From Schmidtea polychroa (Eukaryota), in assembly GCA_044892525.1 (NCBI GenBank), contig CM097885.1:23934001-23998000 (forward strand): 64,000 bases of DNA, in the 5' to 3' direction. Below the pieces are notes generated by a model that did not search any database, was not told the DNA's origin, and was given only the letters and a program-made list of their open reading frames with translations. A program made the translations under genes and the position numbers. Shown here piece by piece: positions 38,057-52,432 of the stretch (the stretch's first letter is position 1; each line of letters begins with the position of its first letter).

Positions 38057-38841
38057 AATAAACTTTTCCATATTTCAGCTTCTTCTCTATCCAAATAAAT
38101 ATAATTATATTTTTCTCTCCAATGATTATCAACAAACATATCAAACATATTCTTATCAGGTTCAACATTTGAAAATAAATCATTATAAATCATATTCTTA
38201 TCACGGCGATCTAATTTAAAAAATATAAAACAATTAGAATTATTTCTTATAGAGTTTTTATCTAAAGCATAATAAGTTTGAGATATATAAATAACATTAC
38301 AATTATTATGTCTTCCTCTTGTAAAGTAACTCTTTTGAATCTCTTGATTTTTCATATTAACAACATCATCAAATATAACTAGATTCTTTTTATCTTTAGG
38401 AAGTAAATCACAATGTAAAACATCTTCAGGTTTATTAGAGAATAAAACTTGAATCCCCTGCCCCTCTTCACAAATATAATCATTTTTATTACTAATATCT
38501 GATTCTAAAATCTTTTCCTTATACCAATCAACCATATCACAAGGTTGAAAAACTTCTTCAGGACATCTATGTTGATTTTTAAAAATATCAATTATTGCTT
38601 TTTTAGTTAATTTATTTTCAAAGCCACATTTCAAAAGTTGTAATTCTGGTTGATTTATAGTTGTAGAATAAAAGATTAAATTATTATAATCTAAAAAACC
38701 ATCTTCAAGCAACATTTTCAAAACAAGTACATTCTTTCCACATCCAGAAGAACCAACAATTAATAATCTAAAATTATCAGGAAATACTTTATTATTAAAT
38801 TTAGATTTATGTCTATTTAAAATTGGTTTCCAAATATCCAT
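38053..38841 (-). CDS. Packaging ATPase (copy 2)
   Basis: As copy 1. Confidence 0.9.
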   Translation of the reverse strand: MDIWKPILNRHKSKFNNKVFPDNFRLLIVGSSGCGKNVLVLKMLLEDGFLDYNNLIFYSTTINQPELQLLKCGFENKLTKKAIIDIFKNQHRCPEEVFQPCDMVDWYKEKILESDISNKNDYICEEGQGIQVLFSNKPEDVLHCDLLPKDKKNLVIFDDVVNMKNQEIQKSYFTRGRHNNCNVIYISQTYYALDKNSIRNNSNCFIFFKLDRRDKNMIYNDLFSNVEPDKNMFDMFVDNHWREKYNYIYLDREEAEIWKSLF

Positions 38842-38856
38842 TTTATTTATTTAAAA

Positions 38857-39459
38857 ATGACAACTGAAGAATCTTTGCAAGAATTAATAAATTCAAATAA
38901 AAATAAATCAGTAGTAATTGATGGTAAAAAATATTTTATTGGAAAACATGTAAAAGAACAAGTTAAAGAACGTATGTCTTCGACTAAAGAGGGTGGTATT
39001 CTTCCATTAGCTGCTTTAATACCTGCAATCATTGCCGGACTATCAGGTGCTGCTGGAATAGCTGGAGGAATTGCAACTACAGTTCAAAAAGCTAAAGAAT
39101 CTCAAGAGACAGACCTAGAAAAAGAAAAATTACAAACTGAAATCGATTCAATAAAAAAGAAGGGAGTGTCCCAAGGTCAAAAGTCCGTTGGAAAAGGTCT
39201 CTATCTTAATCCATATCAGAAAGTGTCCGAAGGTCAAAAGTCTCAGGGGAGTTCCTCCGTTGGAAAGGGTCTCTATCTTGATCCTTAAAAAGGCCGCGGT
39301 TTAAATGATTTTTTAAAAAATCAAATTTCATCATCTGAATCTTTATCTTCAAAAGATAAAGATGATTTTAAAAAAATGTGTAAATCTTTAAAGAATGGAT
39401 GCCTTTGTAAAACTAAAAATGGTAAAGGATTATATTTAAAACCTTGGAAGGAACCATGA
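38857..39459 (+). pseudogene. pX-like core precursor (copy 2)
   Basis: As copy 1, same TAA. Confidence 0.65.
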
Positions 39460-39481
39460 TACCATTTTTGATACCATTAAA

Positions 39482-40360
39482 ATGGTATATGAAGAAAGAT
39501 TAGCACTTTTAAAAAAATTACAATAAGAACAAAACAAGTATAATAAAAAAGATACAACTCAACATGCTGAATCTATAATATTAAATGAGGTAATCCAACA
39601 ACAACAAAAACCAACAATTAAATCTATAAAAGGATTAAATGAGCAAGCAAAATTTAAAGAGTTGGAAGATAAAAAACAAAAAATAAAAGAATTGGAGTGG
39701 GAGAAAGAATCCACTGAAAATCATCCTGAAAGTCATTCTGAAAGCCATTCTGAAAGAAATCAAAGAAAACGTAGAAGAACCTCTAATGTGGAAGAAGAAG
39801 AAATGTTTTTAAAAACAAAACCTCTTAAAGTTAATCCTAAAATTAGAGAAGGTTTAAGTGATTCAGTTAAACCCACATTTCATATTAATTCTGAAGGATA
39901 TTCAATAATAACAATCAATAAACAAAACTTTACTTTATATACAACTCCAGAAAATAAATCACATATTCATTTACAAAATGTTTATAATAATGAATATTTA
40001 GACTTTGAATTTACAGATGATTTTTATAGATTACTTTGTGGATATCCTTCAGATGATGTTGAAGAAATTAAAAAATATTTAAATTTTATAAGATCAATAA
40101 AAGCTAGTTCAAAAGCAAAACACATTCAAGATTTAAAGAAATATTTAGATAGAAATGAAAAGGGTTATGTTGTTAAAGAAGGTGATGGTATAAGGGTTAA
40201 ACCAAACCCAATCAACCTTTTTATTGAATTAAGAAAACTATTAGCAGCTAAAAAAGCAGGTCATAATAATTTAGATTCAGATATTTTAAAGATTTCTAAA
40301 GATTTGTTAAAACAAGGAATAATTTCAAAAGATAAATTTAATAAATATACGAAGTTATAA
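39482..40360 (+). pseudogene. Polinton hypothetical protein (copy 2)
   Basis: As copy 1, same stop. Confidence 0.55.
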
Positions 40361-40382
40361 ATACAAAGTTATAAAATATAAA

Positions 40383-40847
40383 ATGACTAATCCTTCAATA
40401 TTAGATTTTTTAAAAACATTTGGAATAAATGCAAAAACAAATTTTGATTTAAAAGATTATGCAAATTATTTAAATTTAAAAATAAAAATATTAATGAATG
40501 ATGAATTATCAAGTCTGAAAGATATTCTGAAAGAAGACACTCAAAAGAAACGAAGTCCCCTGAATATTATTATAAATTATAAAAATTCAAATGAGAAAGG
40601 ATCTCATTGGGTTTGTATATATAATAAATCTATATACTTTGATTCTTTTGGGATTAAACCTACTAAAGAAGTTGAAGACTATCTGTCGAGGGGCTATACT
40701 TTTAACTCTTTACAAGTTCAACCCAATAATACTAAAATATGTGGTATTATAAGTTTATATGTTTTGTATAGATTGAATAAATCCAAAGGAGAAGGTTTCA
40801 CTTCCTTAATCCAAGAAATTTATAATGATTTAAAATCTCTATTATGA
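40383..40847 (+). CDS. Adenain-like protease (copy 2)
   Basis: As copy 1. Confidence 0.9.
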   Translation: MTNPSILDFLKTFGINAKTNFDLKDYANYLNLKIKILMNDELSSLKDILKEDTQKKRSPLNIIINYKNSNEKGSHWVCIYNKSIYFDSFGIKPTKEVEDYLSRGYTFNSLQVQPNNTKICGIISLYVLYRLNKSKGEGFTSLIQEIYNDLKSLL

Positions 40848-41614
40848 AAATGGAGCTTCGCAACCTTCCGGAAGATAATTTAAAAAAAATGGTAAACATA
40901 ATGTCAGATAAATATTCAAGAACTTTATCTATAAATTCAAAAGAATCAGACTTTACTATAAACTTTCAAGATTCAATAAAATTAGATCAAGATTTAAATT
41001 ATGAATTAGGTCTATTATGGTTTTGTGCTTATAATACTATTTTTAATATAACTAAAGATAATAACATATTTTATTATATAAGCCCAAAATCTACAGATAA
41101 GATTATAATAACAATCGAACCTGGGGCTTATGAGATAAAAGATTTAAATAATATACTTTCTAAAAGAACAAATGGAGCCATTACAATTAAAATGGATTTA
41201 CCAACTTCAAAATGTATAATGACTTTAGAGAATATAGGAATTCATTTTCAAAATAATAGTTTCTTTAGAACAATTTTAGGATTTACACGAAACCATTATA
41301 TCACACCTATAGTTGAGAATATAACATCAGAAAATATTATAAAAATAATAAATACAAACACAATAAATATTCATTGTGATTGTATAACAGGTTCTTATAA
41401 TAATGGTAAACAAACAAATGTTTTATATTCCTTTCCCTCAAACACAGTTCCTATGGGATATAAAATAGTTGAAAGAATGAATCCTCCAAATTATTTGCCT
41501 TTATGTAGAAAATATATAATGGATATTAATTTTAAAATTCTTAACCAAGAAGGAGAATTGATTGATTTTAATGGAGAAGAGATTTCAATGTATTTACATC
41601 TGAAACAGGTTTGA
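40844..41614 (+). CDS. Penton-like minor capsid (copy 2)
   Basis: As copy 1. Confidence 0.8.
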   Translation: MKMELRNLPEDNLKKMVNIMSDKYSRTLSINSKESDFTINFQDSIKLDQDLNYELGLLWFCAYNTIFNITKDNNIFYYISPKSTDKIIITIEPGAYEIKDLNNILSKRTNGAITIKMDLPTSKCIMTLENIGIHFQNNSFFRTILGFTRNHYITPIVENITSENIIKIINTNTINIHCDCITGSYNNGKQTNVLYSFPSNTVPMGYKIVERMNPPNYLPLCRKYIMDINFKILNQEGELIDFNGEEISMYLHLKQV

Positions 41615-41638
41615 AGATTCATTTTAAATTATTAATAA

Positions 41639-42646
41639 ATGAGTTCTTATATTCCTTGTAATAGAGGTGGTGGAACAATAAAAACAGGGTTTAATACAGA
41701 AGAAATATTAACTTTAACAGAAAATAAATATATTAATGAAAGAGGTGATTCAATGAAAGGAGATTTAAATTTAAATGGACACAAGATAAAAGATTTATCT
41801 TTACCAACTGATGAAGGTGATGCTGCTAATAAAAAATATGTAGATGGTGTTAAAAATTATACTGATTTAACAACAACAAGAATTGAAAGTTCATTAACAA
41901 CAAAAATTGATTCAATGGAATCAAAGCTTAATAATATCGAACAACGATTTAATGATAAATTTGACAAGTTACAAAGTCTGTTAACTGAACAAGTTGTAAA
42001 GTTAAATACTAGTATATTAAATTCTAAAGATAAACAAATTATGAATACTAAATTTAATACAATATATAATATAATAAAGATGATTACATCATTTAATAAA
42101 AGACTTTCAAATTTAGAGTCTCATACAACACACATTAACACCACACACAGTATTAGAAAAAGAGCTGCTGAATTAGAACAGAATAAAACATTATTACCCC
42201 ATACATATAAACATTTTATAGAACCAACTTTAATAACAACAAATAGTAAAGAATGGAGTGTTTTTATGGTTGTAAGGATTATTGATCCTTATTTCCTTTT
42301 ATTTGATGATGATGGTGAAATAATGAAATGGTTTGTAAAATGTGATTATAATAGTAAGCTTGAAAAGGGTGATGTTATAATGACTAGTTATGATTTGTCA
42401 CATGGAGATTGGTATGTTAATACTCATTCACATAAAACACATAAAGTTAAAAGTAAGAATATTATTTTTAAAAGCACATTTGTGCATTATATAGATTTAA
42501 TATTTTATGAAAAAAAGGTTGATGCTGATGAAGTTCGTAAAGCATTGATGGAATTGTATAAAGATATTCTCTCAACAAGAGTTTCTTTTGATATCCGATT
42601 ATTGGTGCCAGATGGTGCTCAGAAGAATAAAGTCTTATTTTTTTAA
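41639..42646 (+). CDS. Fibre-like protein (copy 2)
   Basis: As copy 1. Confidence 0.55.
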   Translation: MSSYIPCNRGGGTIKTGFNTEEILTLTENKYINERGDSMKGDLNLNGHKIKDLSLPTDEGDAANKKYVDGVKNYTDLTTTRIESSLTTKIDSMESKLNNIEQRFNDKFDKLQSLLTEQVVKLNTSILNSKDKQIMNTKFNTIYNIIKMITSFNKRLSNLESHTTHINTTHSIRKRAAELEQNKTLLPHTYKHFIEPTLITTNSKEWSVFMVVRIIDPYFLLFDDDGEIMKWFVKCDYNSKLEKGDVIMTSYDLSHGDWYVNTHSHKTHKVKSKNIIFKSTFVHYIDLIFYEKKVDADEVRKALMELYKDILSTRVSFDIRLLVPDGAQKNKVLFF

Positions 42647-42654
42647 TTATTAAA

Positions 42655-43248
42655 ATGGAAGAAGTAAGAGAAGAAAGAATTTACCCAGAATTGTCATCAA
42701 GATATTATTCCGAAGGTCACAAAGATTCCAAGGCTCCCTCAGCTCCCACAGAACTTGAAATTATGAGAGTAAAAGAATTTAAGTCAGAAACCTTACATTT
42801 ACAAGATTTATTAAAGCATTATAAAAAAATTAAAAATAGATGGAATAAAGGGAATACAGTTTTAAAAGTTATAGGTTATTCTTTAGGATTTGCATCTGCA
42901 ATATTAACAGTTATTTTACCTATAACTTTACCAGTTTTAACAATTGCACCTGTAATACTTGGAAGTATTTCAGTAGCTGAGGGTTTCCTAACTGAAATAG
43001 TTTCACTATCTTATACTTCTAAAAAGAAAAGTTTATATCGTGAAGTTTGCTTATCAATAGAATTAGGAATCTCTAAATTATTTTTATTTCAATTAAAAGC
43101 TTTGGAAGATGGAATCTTAACTGATGATGAAATAATGAAATCAAATCAAATAATACAAGATATTAAAAATGAGGTTATAAGATTAAAAAATGCTAATGTT
43201 ATAACTAATAAAAAAATTAAACGAGAGAAATGGTTAAAGAATTCTTAA
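42655..43248 (+). CDS. Membrane protein (copy 2)
   Basis: As copy 1. Confidence 0.65.
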   Translation: MEEVREERIYPELSSRYYSEGHKDSKAPSAPTELEIMRVKEFKSETLHLQDLLKHYKKIKNRWNKGNTVLKVIGYSLGFASAILTVILPITLPVLTIAPVILGSISVAEGFLTEIVSLSYTSKKKSLYREVCLSIELGISKLFLFQLKALEDGILTDDEIMKSNQIIQDIKNEVIRLKNANVITNKKIKREKWLKNS

Positions 43249-43359
43249 AATTATAAATATATAAAATGGATGCATTTTTAAAAAAAGTAGATCAGGTTGC
43301 TATAGTTGCTTAAATTAATTGTCGACATTTTATTATTAAAAAATTAAATATCGTTGGTT

Positions 43360-44737
43360 TCAGTTATGGTTGAAAGCCAACCTATGAATCATTAATTTAT
43401 GATCTTTAAATTCTTTATCACTTAGACCTTTTATATATTCAGAATCAGTATTAAAATATTTAAGTTCTAAACATATAGGATTAAAAACTTGAGAATATAA
43501 AGGCTTCTCGATTTCTCTCTCGGGATAAATAATTTCAACATTATAAATATCAAGATCGGTAATATTTGTATCATATAACTTATTCAACTTTTCTAGATTT
43601 TTTATTATCGGTATTAAATTATTTCCAATAGGTAGAGTTGTCTTTAAATCACTTAGGATGAATCTTTTATCATCATAATTTGATAATGATACTTTTTGAG
43701 ATTCTATCAAGTGAATATCATGGTTTTCACTTTTAAGTTGATGTATTTCATCAATTTTATCTTTATGATTTGGATTCAATGTATCTATATAATCTTGATG
43801 AGAAAGATTCTTTGCAACGGATTTCTGTATTCCTTTACATCTGTTATCCTTTACAGGTTTTTCTTCTTGTCCCTCTGGTCCTTTAGGAAATATAGGATAT
43901 CTATGTGTAATGGTTTCTTCTGTTTCTGGAGTTTTAAATATAAATGATCTAGTTATAAATTTAGGATTTGTAAATGTTTTGTATGAATATTGTTTAGCAC
44001 GAAAAAATATTCCATTTTCTATAGGAGTAAAAGGTTTTCCATCTTTAAACGAAAATAATTCTCCAGATGAATTTATTAAATTTGAAAGTATAGGATTTTC
44101 GGCTATATCTCTTTGTAAATCATGCATTCTTATTGTTAAAAACATTGAATCTGTATCCATTGCATGCATTGATATATTAGAACCATATATAGGTTGTAAG
44201 ATGTTATAATATGTTTCATACATTTGTAATTTTGAAAGTTCTAAAATTGAAAACCCTATAAATATTGGTTTGTTGTATGTTTTCTCAAAATTCTTTAGTT
44301 CTATTGCAGTAAGATTTTCAGAAAATACTTGTGCGTTTTTAAATGTAGGCTTTCCTAGCATACGATTATAACGCTTAATATCTTTGGTAGTATTTGTTAG
44401 GAGTTCAATATGAGTATATTTATCAACATTCTCCATTGTCTTCCCAAAGACTGAATTGTTTAAAAGTTTATAATTATTATTTTTAAAAAGGTTACCTTCT
44501 CTTTTTGCAATGTTTCGACATCTAATGTTCTCCTCGATAAAAGCTTTCATGAATGGCCTCTGTTTAAATCTTATGACACTATGAACTTTTTTTAATATCA
44601 TACCTCGTGAAAGATAAAATTGGAGGAGTCTATAGTGACAAAGATAAAACCTTCGATCTGTTTGATCACAAAGAAGTTTCATTGTTGGGGGTTTATCTTG
44701 TGAGATTTGCCATTCAGAAAGTTCGTTGATATCAATC
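43360..44737 (-). pseudogene. Truncated pPolB (copy 2)
   Basis: As copy 1, identical breakpoint. Confidence 0.92.
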
Positions 44738-45055
44738 AAACTCTGGCAAACAACACAAATAAAGAAAACAATTGCACAATGGAAAACTGCCAGACACCGA
44801 AAGATATGTGCTTTAGAAAAAAACTATGTTTATTGCATAACGTGCAATTTATGCAAGGAAATATACATTGTAAGTACACTCAGGACCTTGCACCAAAGAG
44901 TTAAAGAACATCTAGATCCTGGTGGGAAATCTTCGGTGAACATATATCTCCAACATTGTCAACCAAAAAAAGAAAGAAAAAATATTTCAATCAAAATCGT
45001 AGCCAATGGAAACAATCAAAAAAAGTGCTGGAACCTGACATTGTCGTCTGAATGA
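44738..45055 (+). pseudogene. Penelope GIY-YIG fragment
   Basis: Copy of 24341-24658. Confidence 0.8.
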
Positions 45056-45264
45056 AAGACTTAATAATCATAAGAGATATTATGAGGAAGTTTTATGATG
45101 AAGAAATTTTTAAATATAAAATTTTAAAAATAAAATTTTAGATTAATTTTTAAAAAAATAATAAAAAGATATTTTAATTAAAAATATCTTCGTAGAAAAT
45201 TTGTTTAAATAAGAAAGTTTAAAGAAGATATAATTTGATACTGATATTTACTGAAATAAAATTT

Positions 45265-45615
45265 ATGGAAACAAACACTGATTTTAATGTTTTACAGGAT
45301 GAACATGCTAATATGGTGGCAGCGGTAAACACTGACGCAATCACCGAAAGATTGCTACCAAAGGTATTCTGCCAAGGTGACGACTTGGAAAAGTTCATTA
45401 AAAGATGCGAAATTTATTTCGACGCCAAGGGAATAACGCAGAAGAAAGATCATGAAAGATTAACATCTTGCATGATTGATGAGGATCTCCTGGAAGTGTA
45501 CGCCAAAACACTGAAAAAAGCCGAAGGATTCCAGGCTAGGTTGCGATTGGCATTCGATCGCGAAACAGATGTTTTAAAGGATCTACTATGTTTTTGCACA
45601 TTTTTCTTTAATTAA
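45265..45615 (+). pseudogene. gag-like truncated ORF copy
   Basis: Copy of 5048-5398. Confidence 0.5.
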
Positions 45616-47596
45616 TATCTCAATTACTCCACAATGACCTTCCTGATAAATATTCGTTATTTCAAACATCAATGGTTATTTTACATCATAACCCGAATAG
45701 AATTTCATTAAACTCTGTTACAAAAATATTTTCCTTCCATTTCTGGTATTTTCTGTTATATTCTATTTGTCATTCAATGTAAAACATTCAGAACTGAACT
45801 CGAAATCTTTTCTGAATCAAAACATTTATTTGGTTTTTGGATTAGTTTATATATTATTTAATTTAGATAAATTTAAACAAATTAATTATTAACTTAAATG
45901 ATATTCAAATTTATAATATTTTCCAAAAAAATATATAAAATTTATAAAGTTTAAAAATAAATTGTAAAAAATATTTTATTCTTTTGAAATATTTGGTCGC
46001 AAATATCAGAATATGACAAATTTTGTTTTTTTAAAATATATTTTTATACTAAATTCACTTTTTCTTATTTATAATACAACACAAATTATATCTAAATTAC
46101 TAATAAATTATTTTTTAAACGCTTTATTAAACTTAATATTTAATATGTATTTAATAATATATATACATATTTTTCCTACCTTTCCTTGATTTTGATTGGT
46201 TAGAATTTGTTCCTGTTTATTATCTTCAGTCTATAAACAATAATCTATCATTAGTTACATTTTACAAATATTTAACTTTAAAAATGAATTCTCTAATAGA
46301 AAACGTTATGAATGTCCGAGAAAAAAATTCAGAAATTTGGTAAATTTTAATTTATTGATTAATTAAATAATTTATTTAGTTACATAATATTAATGAAGAC
46401 AATTTGAAATCGAAGATTAAAGGAAATTTGAAAAGAAAAAGTAAACATAATTTTTAATTTATTGATTTAATTAATTGATAATTTAGGTAATACGAATAAA
46501 GAGAAAAATTATGTCAATAAATCGAAATAAAAATTTACAATGTAAGTATTGATTCCTTTTTATAATTTAAAGGAAATTTAATATAATTTTTTATTTTAGT
46601 AAATGTTAATATTTTTAATTTAGTAAATTTTTATTTTTTAGTAAATAAAATTTGTAAAATAAATTTTGTAAATATTCATTGTAATAAATAATAATGATTT
46701 GCAAATTTTTGCGTAAACATTTATTAAAATATATCATTTAAATTATAATATTTTTTTATTAAATTTTTATTTTGAAAAACTATCAACGATGAGAATTGAC
46801 AATTTGAGATGCAAATCTTTTTGAAATAATTTTAAATGATAAATTTAAATAGATTTTTTATGAAATAATAATAAGAGATATATTTAAAAAAAAGTAATTA
46901 AATGCTATTTTTGGTAAATTAAATGCTAAAATTTAAAATAAGGAAAATTAAAGGATGCAATTTTAAATTAAGTAATAAATTTTGAAAGATGATAAGAATT
47001 CGCAGTAATAATTAAAGAAAATTATGACTAAGTTGATTAGATTTAAAGAACACTAGTGTTAATTCTAATCATTTTACAAAAATATTTTTTTATCAAAGTT
47101 CATATCTTGATTTAGTTAATTTTAATTGAATGTAATGATCAATTCCAGCGTGTTGTCTTCAATTTTAATGAAATAATTTGAAAGATTATTTAGATAAATT
47201 TTGGTGTCTATTCATTAGTAATTTTTTTAAGAGTTGATGGTTTTTGAGGATTTTTATCCTTTTCGTGAATTTCATGTGGATTGAATGAATATTTAAAAAC
47301 TTAAAGTTAGTTCTAAGATAAATTTAATTAATTTCTTGATAATTGGATGCATTTTTATTGATTGGTTTTTTTATTTTAAATAAAAATTATTGTATCAAAC
47401 CTCTTTAATATAATGTTTTGAGCCTTATTTTGAAAATTGATGAAGAGCACGAGGATTCAATACTAACACCAATAATATTCCAACACATTCAATCAACTAA
47501 TAATGAATACTGACTATTTCCCCTAAGTTTTTGCAATTTATATATATATATAATATAAATTTATGTAAAAATATAATATAATAATTACTAACATGG

Positions 47597-48393
47597 TGTT
47601 CTAATTTATAGCTCAGTGAGATACATCTTATATTATAGAAAACTGAAAAGTGGAAGGAAAATTAAAAGCTGCACACAAACGCAATACATACTAAAAAGCA
47701 CATACAAATTTTTGATTCGTATAAATATAACGATGAGATACGTTTCTATAATAAACTTTATTTTTGGCAATTTTTAGAAAAAAAAGATCGTTGAAAATTT
47801 TTAAAATTATATTTTTAATGAAAATATTAAGAGCAGATGAATTTGGTTCAATATCATTTCAATCCAGATTTGATTTCCTGAAAGAAGCTCCTCATATTGA
47901 GCTCAGAAAAAAAATTACAAAAATTATTTTAATCATCGATTTTCCCCAAAATGTTTTAAAAAAATAAATATTTTAGGTGATTGATTTATTTATTTCATGA
48001 ACTATAATTAAAAATATATCGGACTCACATTTTTTCGAAATAATTCTAAAATAAATAGAGCTAAATATCATAAAATTCCTAGAAACCCTGAAAATTAATT
48101 AAAATAATATATAATTATACTGTTGATTAAAAGTAATATTTAGGAACTTGAATAATGATCTCATATCTCATATGGATCAGAATTCAAGTCTTAAAATTTA
48201 CTTTAAATAAAAAAAATTACTTGAAAGCCATTTGTAAAATGGCTAAAATAAATTTCCAAAATATATAAATGAGACATGATAAATTGACAAAGATGATTTA
48301 CAATTACAACCAATTACAATTGGTAAATAAATTGGTGAGTGAATTTACACGCCAACCATCACTATAGAGAACGTATCTCAGTGGTGTTTGGTG
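47597..48393. mobile_element. MITE copy lacking its left TIR
   Basis: As 27205-28001. Confidence 0.6.
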
Positions 48394-51300
48394 TATATGT
48401 GCTGTATTTGTGTGTTAATTTTATTTTTCTACCACTTTCTCACCTTCTATATAAAAGATTTTATTCATTAAAACATTAAAATTTAAAGCGCAGGTAAGTT
48501 TGTGTGTTTCCATAATACAGCCAGTCTATTGATTTTCTTTGTATAATATAACTTCTTATATATTGCAAGTAAATAAAAGAAAGAATTTTAAATTTATTAT
48601 GACAAAGTTTGAATAATTGCAAGCTGTTGAGAAATGAAATTTTTTATGAAATAATTTTGTAAGATAATTTTAAATAGAAAGTTTTATGAAATAATTTTCA
48701 AAGGCAAAATTTAATACAAATTTTTATTAAATTAATTTCAAAGATCGATTTCAATTAATTTCTTCTACTAAAAATATTAGTAAACAAGGGTTATATTTGG
48801 TAAATAAGTAAATGAAGGGCTAAATTTTGAAAACTAGTAATAAACTTTGAAATATGATGAGAATAATTTAATTTTAAGTAAATTAAGAGTCTAAAAATTG
48901 ATCAAATTAAATTATGGGCTTTTATTTTTAAAAAAAAGTAATCATTGTTCAAAGATTTTAAAAATTTAAGTAATATTTTTAAATTAAGTAAAATAAATAA
49001 AAATTTTAAATTAAAGTAAATTTTTAAATAAGTTAATTAAAGTAATAATTTTAATTTTATAATCAAAAAGTTTGAATGATAGGCAGCTTTTGAGAAATGA
49101 AAATCTTTAATGAAAGCTTTTATGAAATAATTTTAAAAGAAAATTTAGATGCAAATTTCGCAAGTAATAATTATAATAATAATAATAATAATAATAGTAA
49201 TAATAACTCAACCAAATACTTAACAACAAAAGACTTTATTAACAACACATAAAAAATAACTATAATAATAAATAAAAATTAACAAGACTGTGATAAAGAT
49301 ACAAAATTTATTCATCATCATATATTTCATTATAATAAGCTTTTCTTAATTCAGGAAGAAGAATATTTCTTAAATTCTTGTCAAAATCTAAAATTCAACC
49401 AGATACCTACAACCAAAATACTAACAAATATGTACTATCTAGGTATTATTTACATTCAGATAATAAATACCAACTATCAGCTGCTAAGGATTTTTAATAG
49501 GTACTAACAAATAAGTACCAAATACTTACAACTAAGAACTTACAACCAGATAGCTGCTACCATGTATTAACAACCAACAAACAACTAGCTACTAACAGAT
49601 TAGTTTCAAAGATTATTTACTAACAATCAACAACAACCAACTAACTAGGTACCAGATAACAAATACTAAGTAACTCTCAAACAACCAGATACTAAAGACT
49701 TACAACCAGGTATTTACAATCAACTAAATATTCTTCATTGTATTTTATCAAATGCTTTTTAAATAAATCAACCTTTTATATGTATTAAATTCAAAAATAT
49801 ATTTAATTACAATCAGTAGAAAAACATTTTCTGTCTAAGTCTAAATTTAACAAAAATATTGATTTTCGTCAAAAATGAATAATTATCAACTCAAACACTT
49901 TAAAACACTACGTGAAATTGAAAATAATTCAAATATTTTAAAATAACAACGAAAGACTATAGAATTTTAATTTTTATTCACAAAAGATCTGCTCAACTTT
50001 TAATTGATTACTAATATTCGTACTGCCTTAAAACATTTATTAATGAAATGTAATAAGATTATATTAATTGAAAATAGTCAATAATTTGCAATTTGTCATT
50101 AATCAGTTGTTGAAATCTAATTTTATGTTAACATGAAGAAAAAATCTTTGCCTATTTCACAAAGTAATTATAGCCTCTTGACATGAGTAAACTTTCTAAT
50201 TAGGAATTCATTAACAAGTCATCTATATAGGGAAGAAGGCTTTCTACATTCATTCAATAACAGACAAATGTGAAATATAAACAGTAATATTAAATATAAT
50301 AATGAATATTGGAACTCCATGTCGATGCCAATGCTGACACTTTACCAAAGATAATGACTTATCGATGACTCATCGTTTAAATGTGGGTACTGTTTTATTT
50401 TTTTGCACATCCCCTTTCTGTATGACTCATCGAAGACTTATTTTTTTTAGAACAAAGACAATGCATCATTTATTTTTAGAACAAAGACTCGTCAAACGAT
50501 TCATCATCTATTTTTTAGAACAGACTCATAAAACAGGACTCCACTAGAACAAAGATCTTATTACTATTATTATTATTATTATTATTATTAATATTATTGT
50601 TATTATTACTATTATTATTATTATTTTCAAAATATTATTTAAAACAATAAAGTGATAATTTAAACCTTTAGCTGTAAATAATTTATTTAATGAAAAAACA
50701 TTTTCGACTATAAGATAGTCTTTGTCAATCTCCTGGAACTTTGCAATCTTCTTCCCGAAAATACATTTCTTTCTTTCTTTTATTTCCTTTTTCTTAATTC
50801 TCATTGAGAATTAATTCTTATTGAGACCAATTACTGAGTTATTCTAAAATATATTTATAATTATCTAGAAATATATTTAAAAATTATCTAACAATATATT
50901 TAAAATTATCTAACAATATAAATTTTTTCAATGACATTTTTACATGAAAATTAAGGTCTAAAATTTTCAATTTGTAAATTAATGGTTTAATTTTAAATTA
51001 AAGTAAATTTAAAAAAGTCTATATTTTTAAACTTAAATAAATTAAGGATAAATAAGCAAATTAAGGTCTAATATTTTCAATTAAATTAAATTAAGGGTCT
51101 AAATTTTTATATTGAATTAATCAAGGATCAAAAATTAAACTAAAGTAAATGAATGATAAATAGGTTAATTATGGTCGAAAATTTTAAATTAAGTTCTAAA
51201 TTTTTAAACTTAAGTAAATTAAGGGTTCAAATTAGTAATTTAAGGACCAAATTTTAAAATTAAGTAAATTAAAATAAATAGGTGAATTAAGGTTAAGTTT

Positions 51301-52432
51301 TAAATTAAAGTAATTTAGTTCAAAATTTTAAATTAAAGTAAATTAATGTAAAATTTTAAATTAAATTAATAATTTATTGTCAGATATTTTGAATAACTAT
51401 CATCTGATGAGAAATAAAAATTTAAAATGAAAACTTTTATAAAATATTTTTCTATGACAATTTTATATAAATATTTTTATGAATAAATTTTAGATGGAAA
51501 TAATGTAAATTAAGGGATACATTTTTAAATTAAAGTAATCAATGGTCTATATTTTAAACTTCTATATTTGGTAAACAAGGGTTAAATTAAAGTAAATTAA
51601 TGATAAATAGGTAAATTAAGGTTTAAAATTTTATACTTGAGTAATCAATGGTCTAGAATTAAATTAAAATTAAAATTTTTAAATTATAGTAATACTTTTA
51701 AATTAAGTAAATTAAAGAAAAATTTTAAAATTACAGTAATAATTTATTGTCAGATATTTTAAAAAACTATCAACGATGAGAATTGACAATTTCAGATGCA
51801 AATCTTTTTGAAATAATTTTCAATGATAAATTTAAATAGAATTTTTATGAAATAATAATAAGAGATATATATAAAAAAAGTAATTAAATGCTAAAATTTA
51901 AAATTAAGAAAATTAAAGGATTTAATTTTAAATTAAGTAATAAATTTTGAAAAATGATGAGAATTAGTAGTATGAATTAAAGAAAATTATGACTAAGTTA
52001 ATTAGATTTAAAGAACACTACAGTGTTAATTCTAACCATTTTACAATAATATTTTTTATCAAAGTTCATATCTTGATTTAGTTAATTTTAATTGAATGTA
52101 ATGACAAATTCCAGCGTGTTGTCTTCAATTTTAATGAATTATTTTGAAAGATTATTTAGATAAATTTTGGTGTCTATTCATTAGTAATTTTTTTAGAGTT
52201 GATGGTTTTTGAGAATTTTTATCATTTTCGTGAATTTCATGTGGATTGAATGAATATTTAAAAATTTAAAGTTAGTTCTAAGATAAATTTAATTAATTTC
52301 TTGATAATTGGATGCATTTTTATTGATTGATTTTTAATTTTAAATAAAAATTATTTTTAATGACAGTTAGGTTAATTATCAAGTGATAGGATATGACTTT
52401 GTAATGTAATTGAATTTGACTTAGTAGTTTTA

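Larger units (their letters stand above)
33710..44737. mobile_element. Polinton/Maverick copy 2, same truncation as copy 1
   Basis: Colinear near-identical copy at an offset of ~20.4 kb. Confidence 0.93.
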
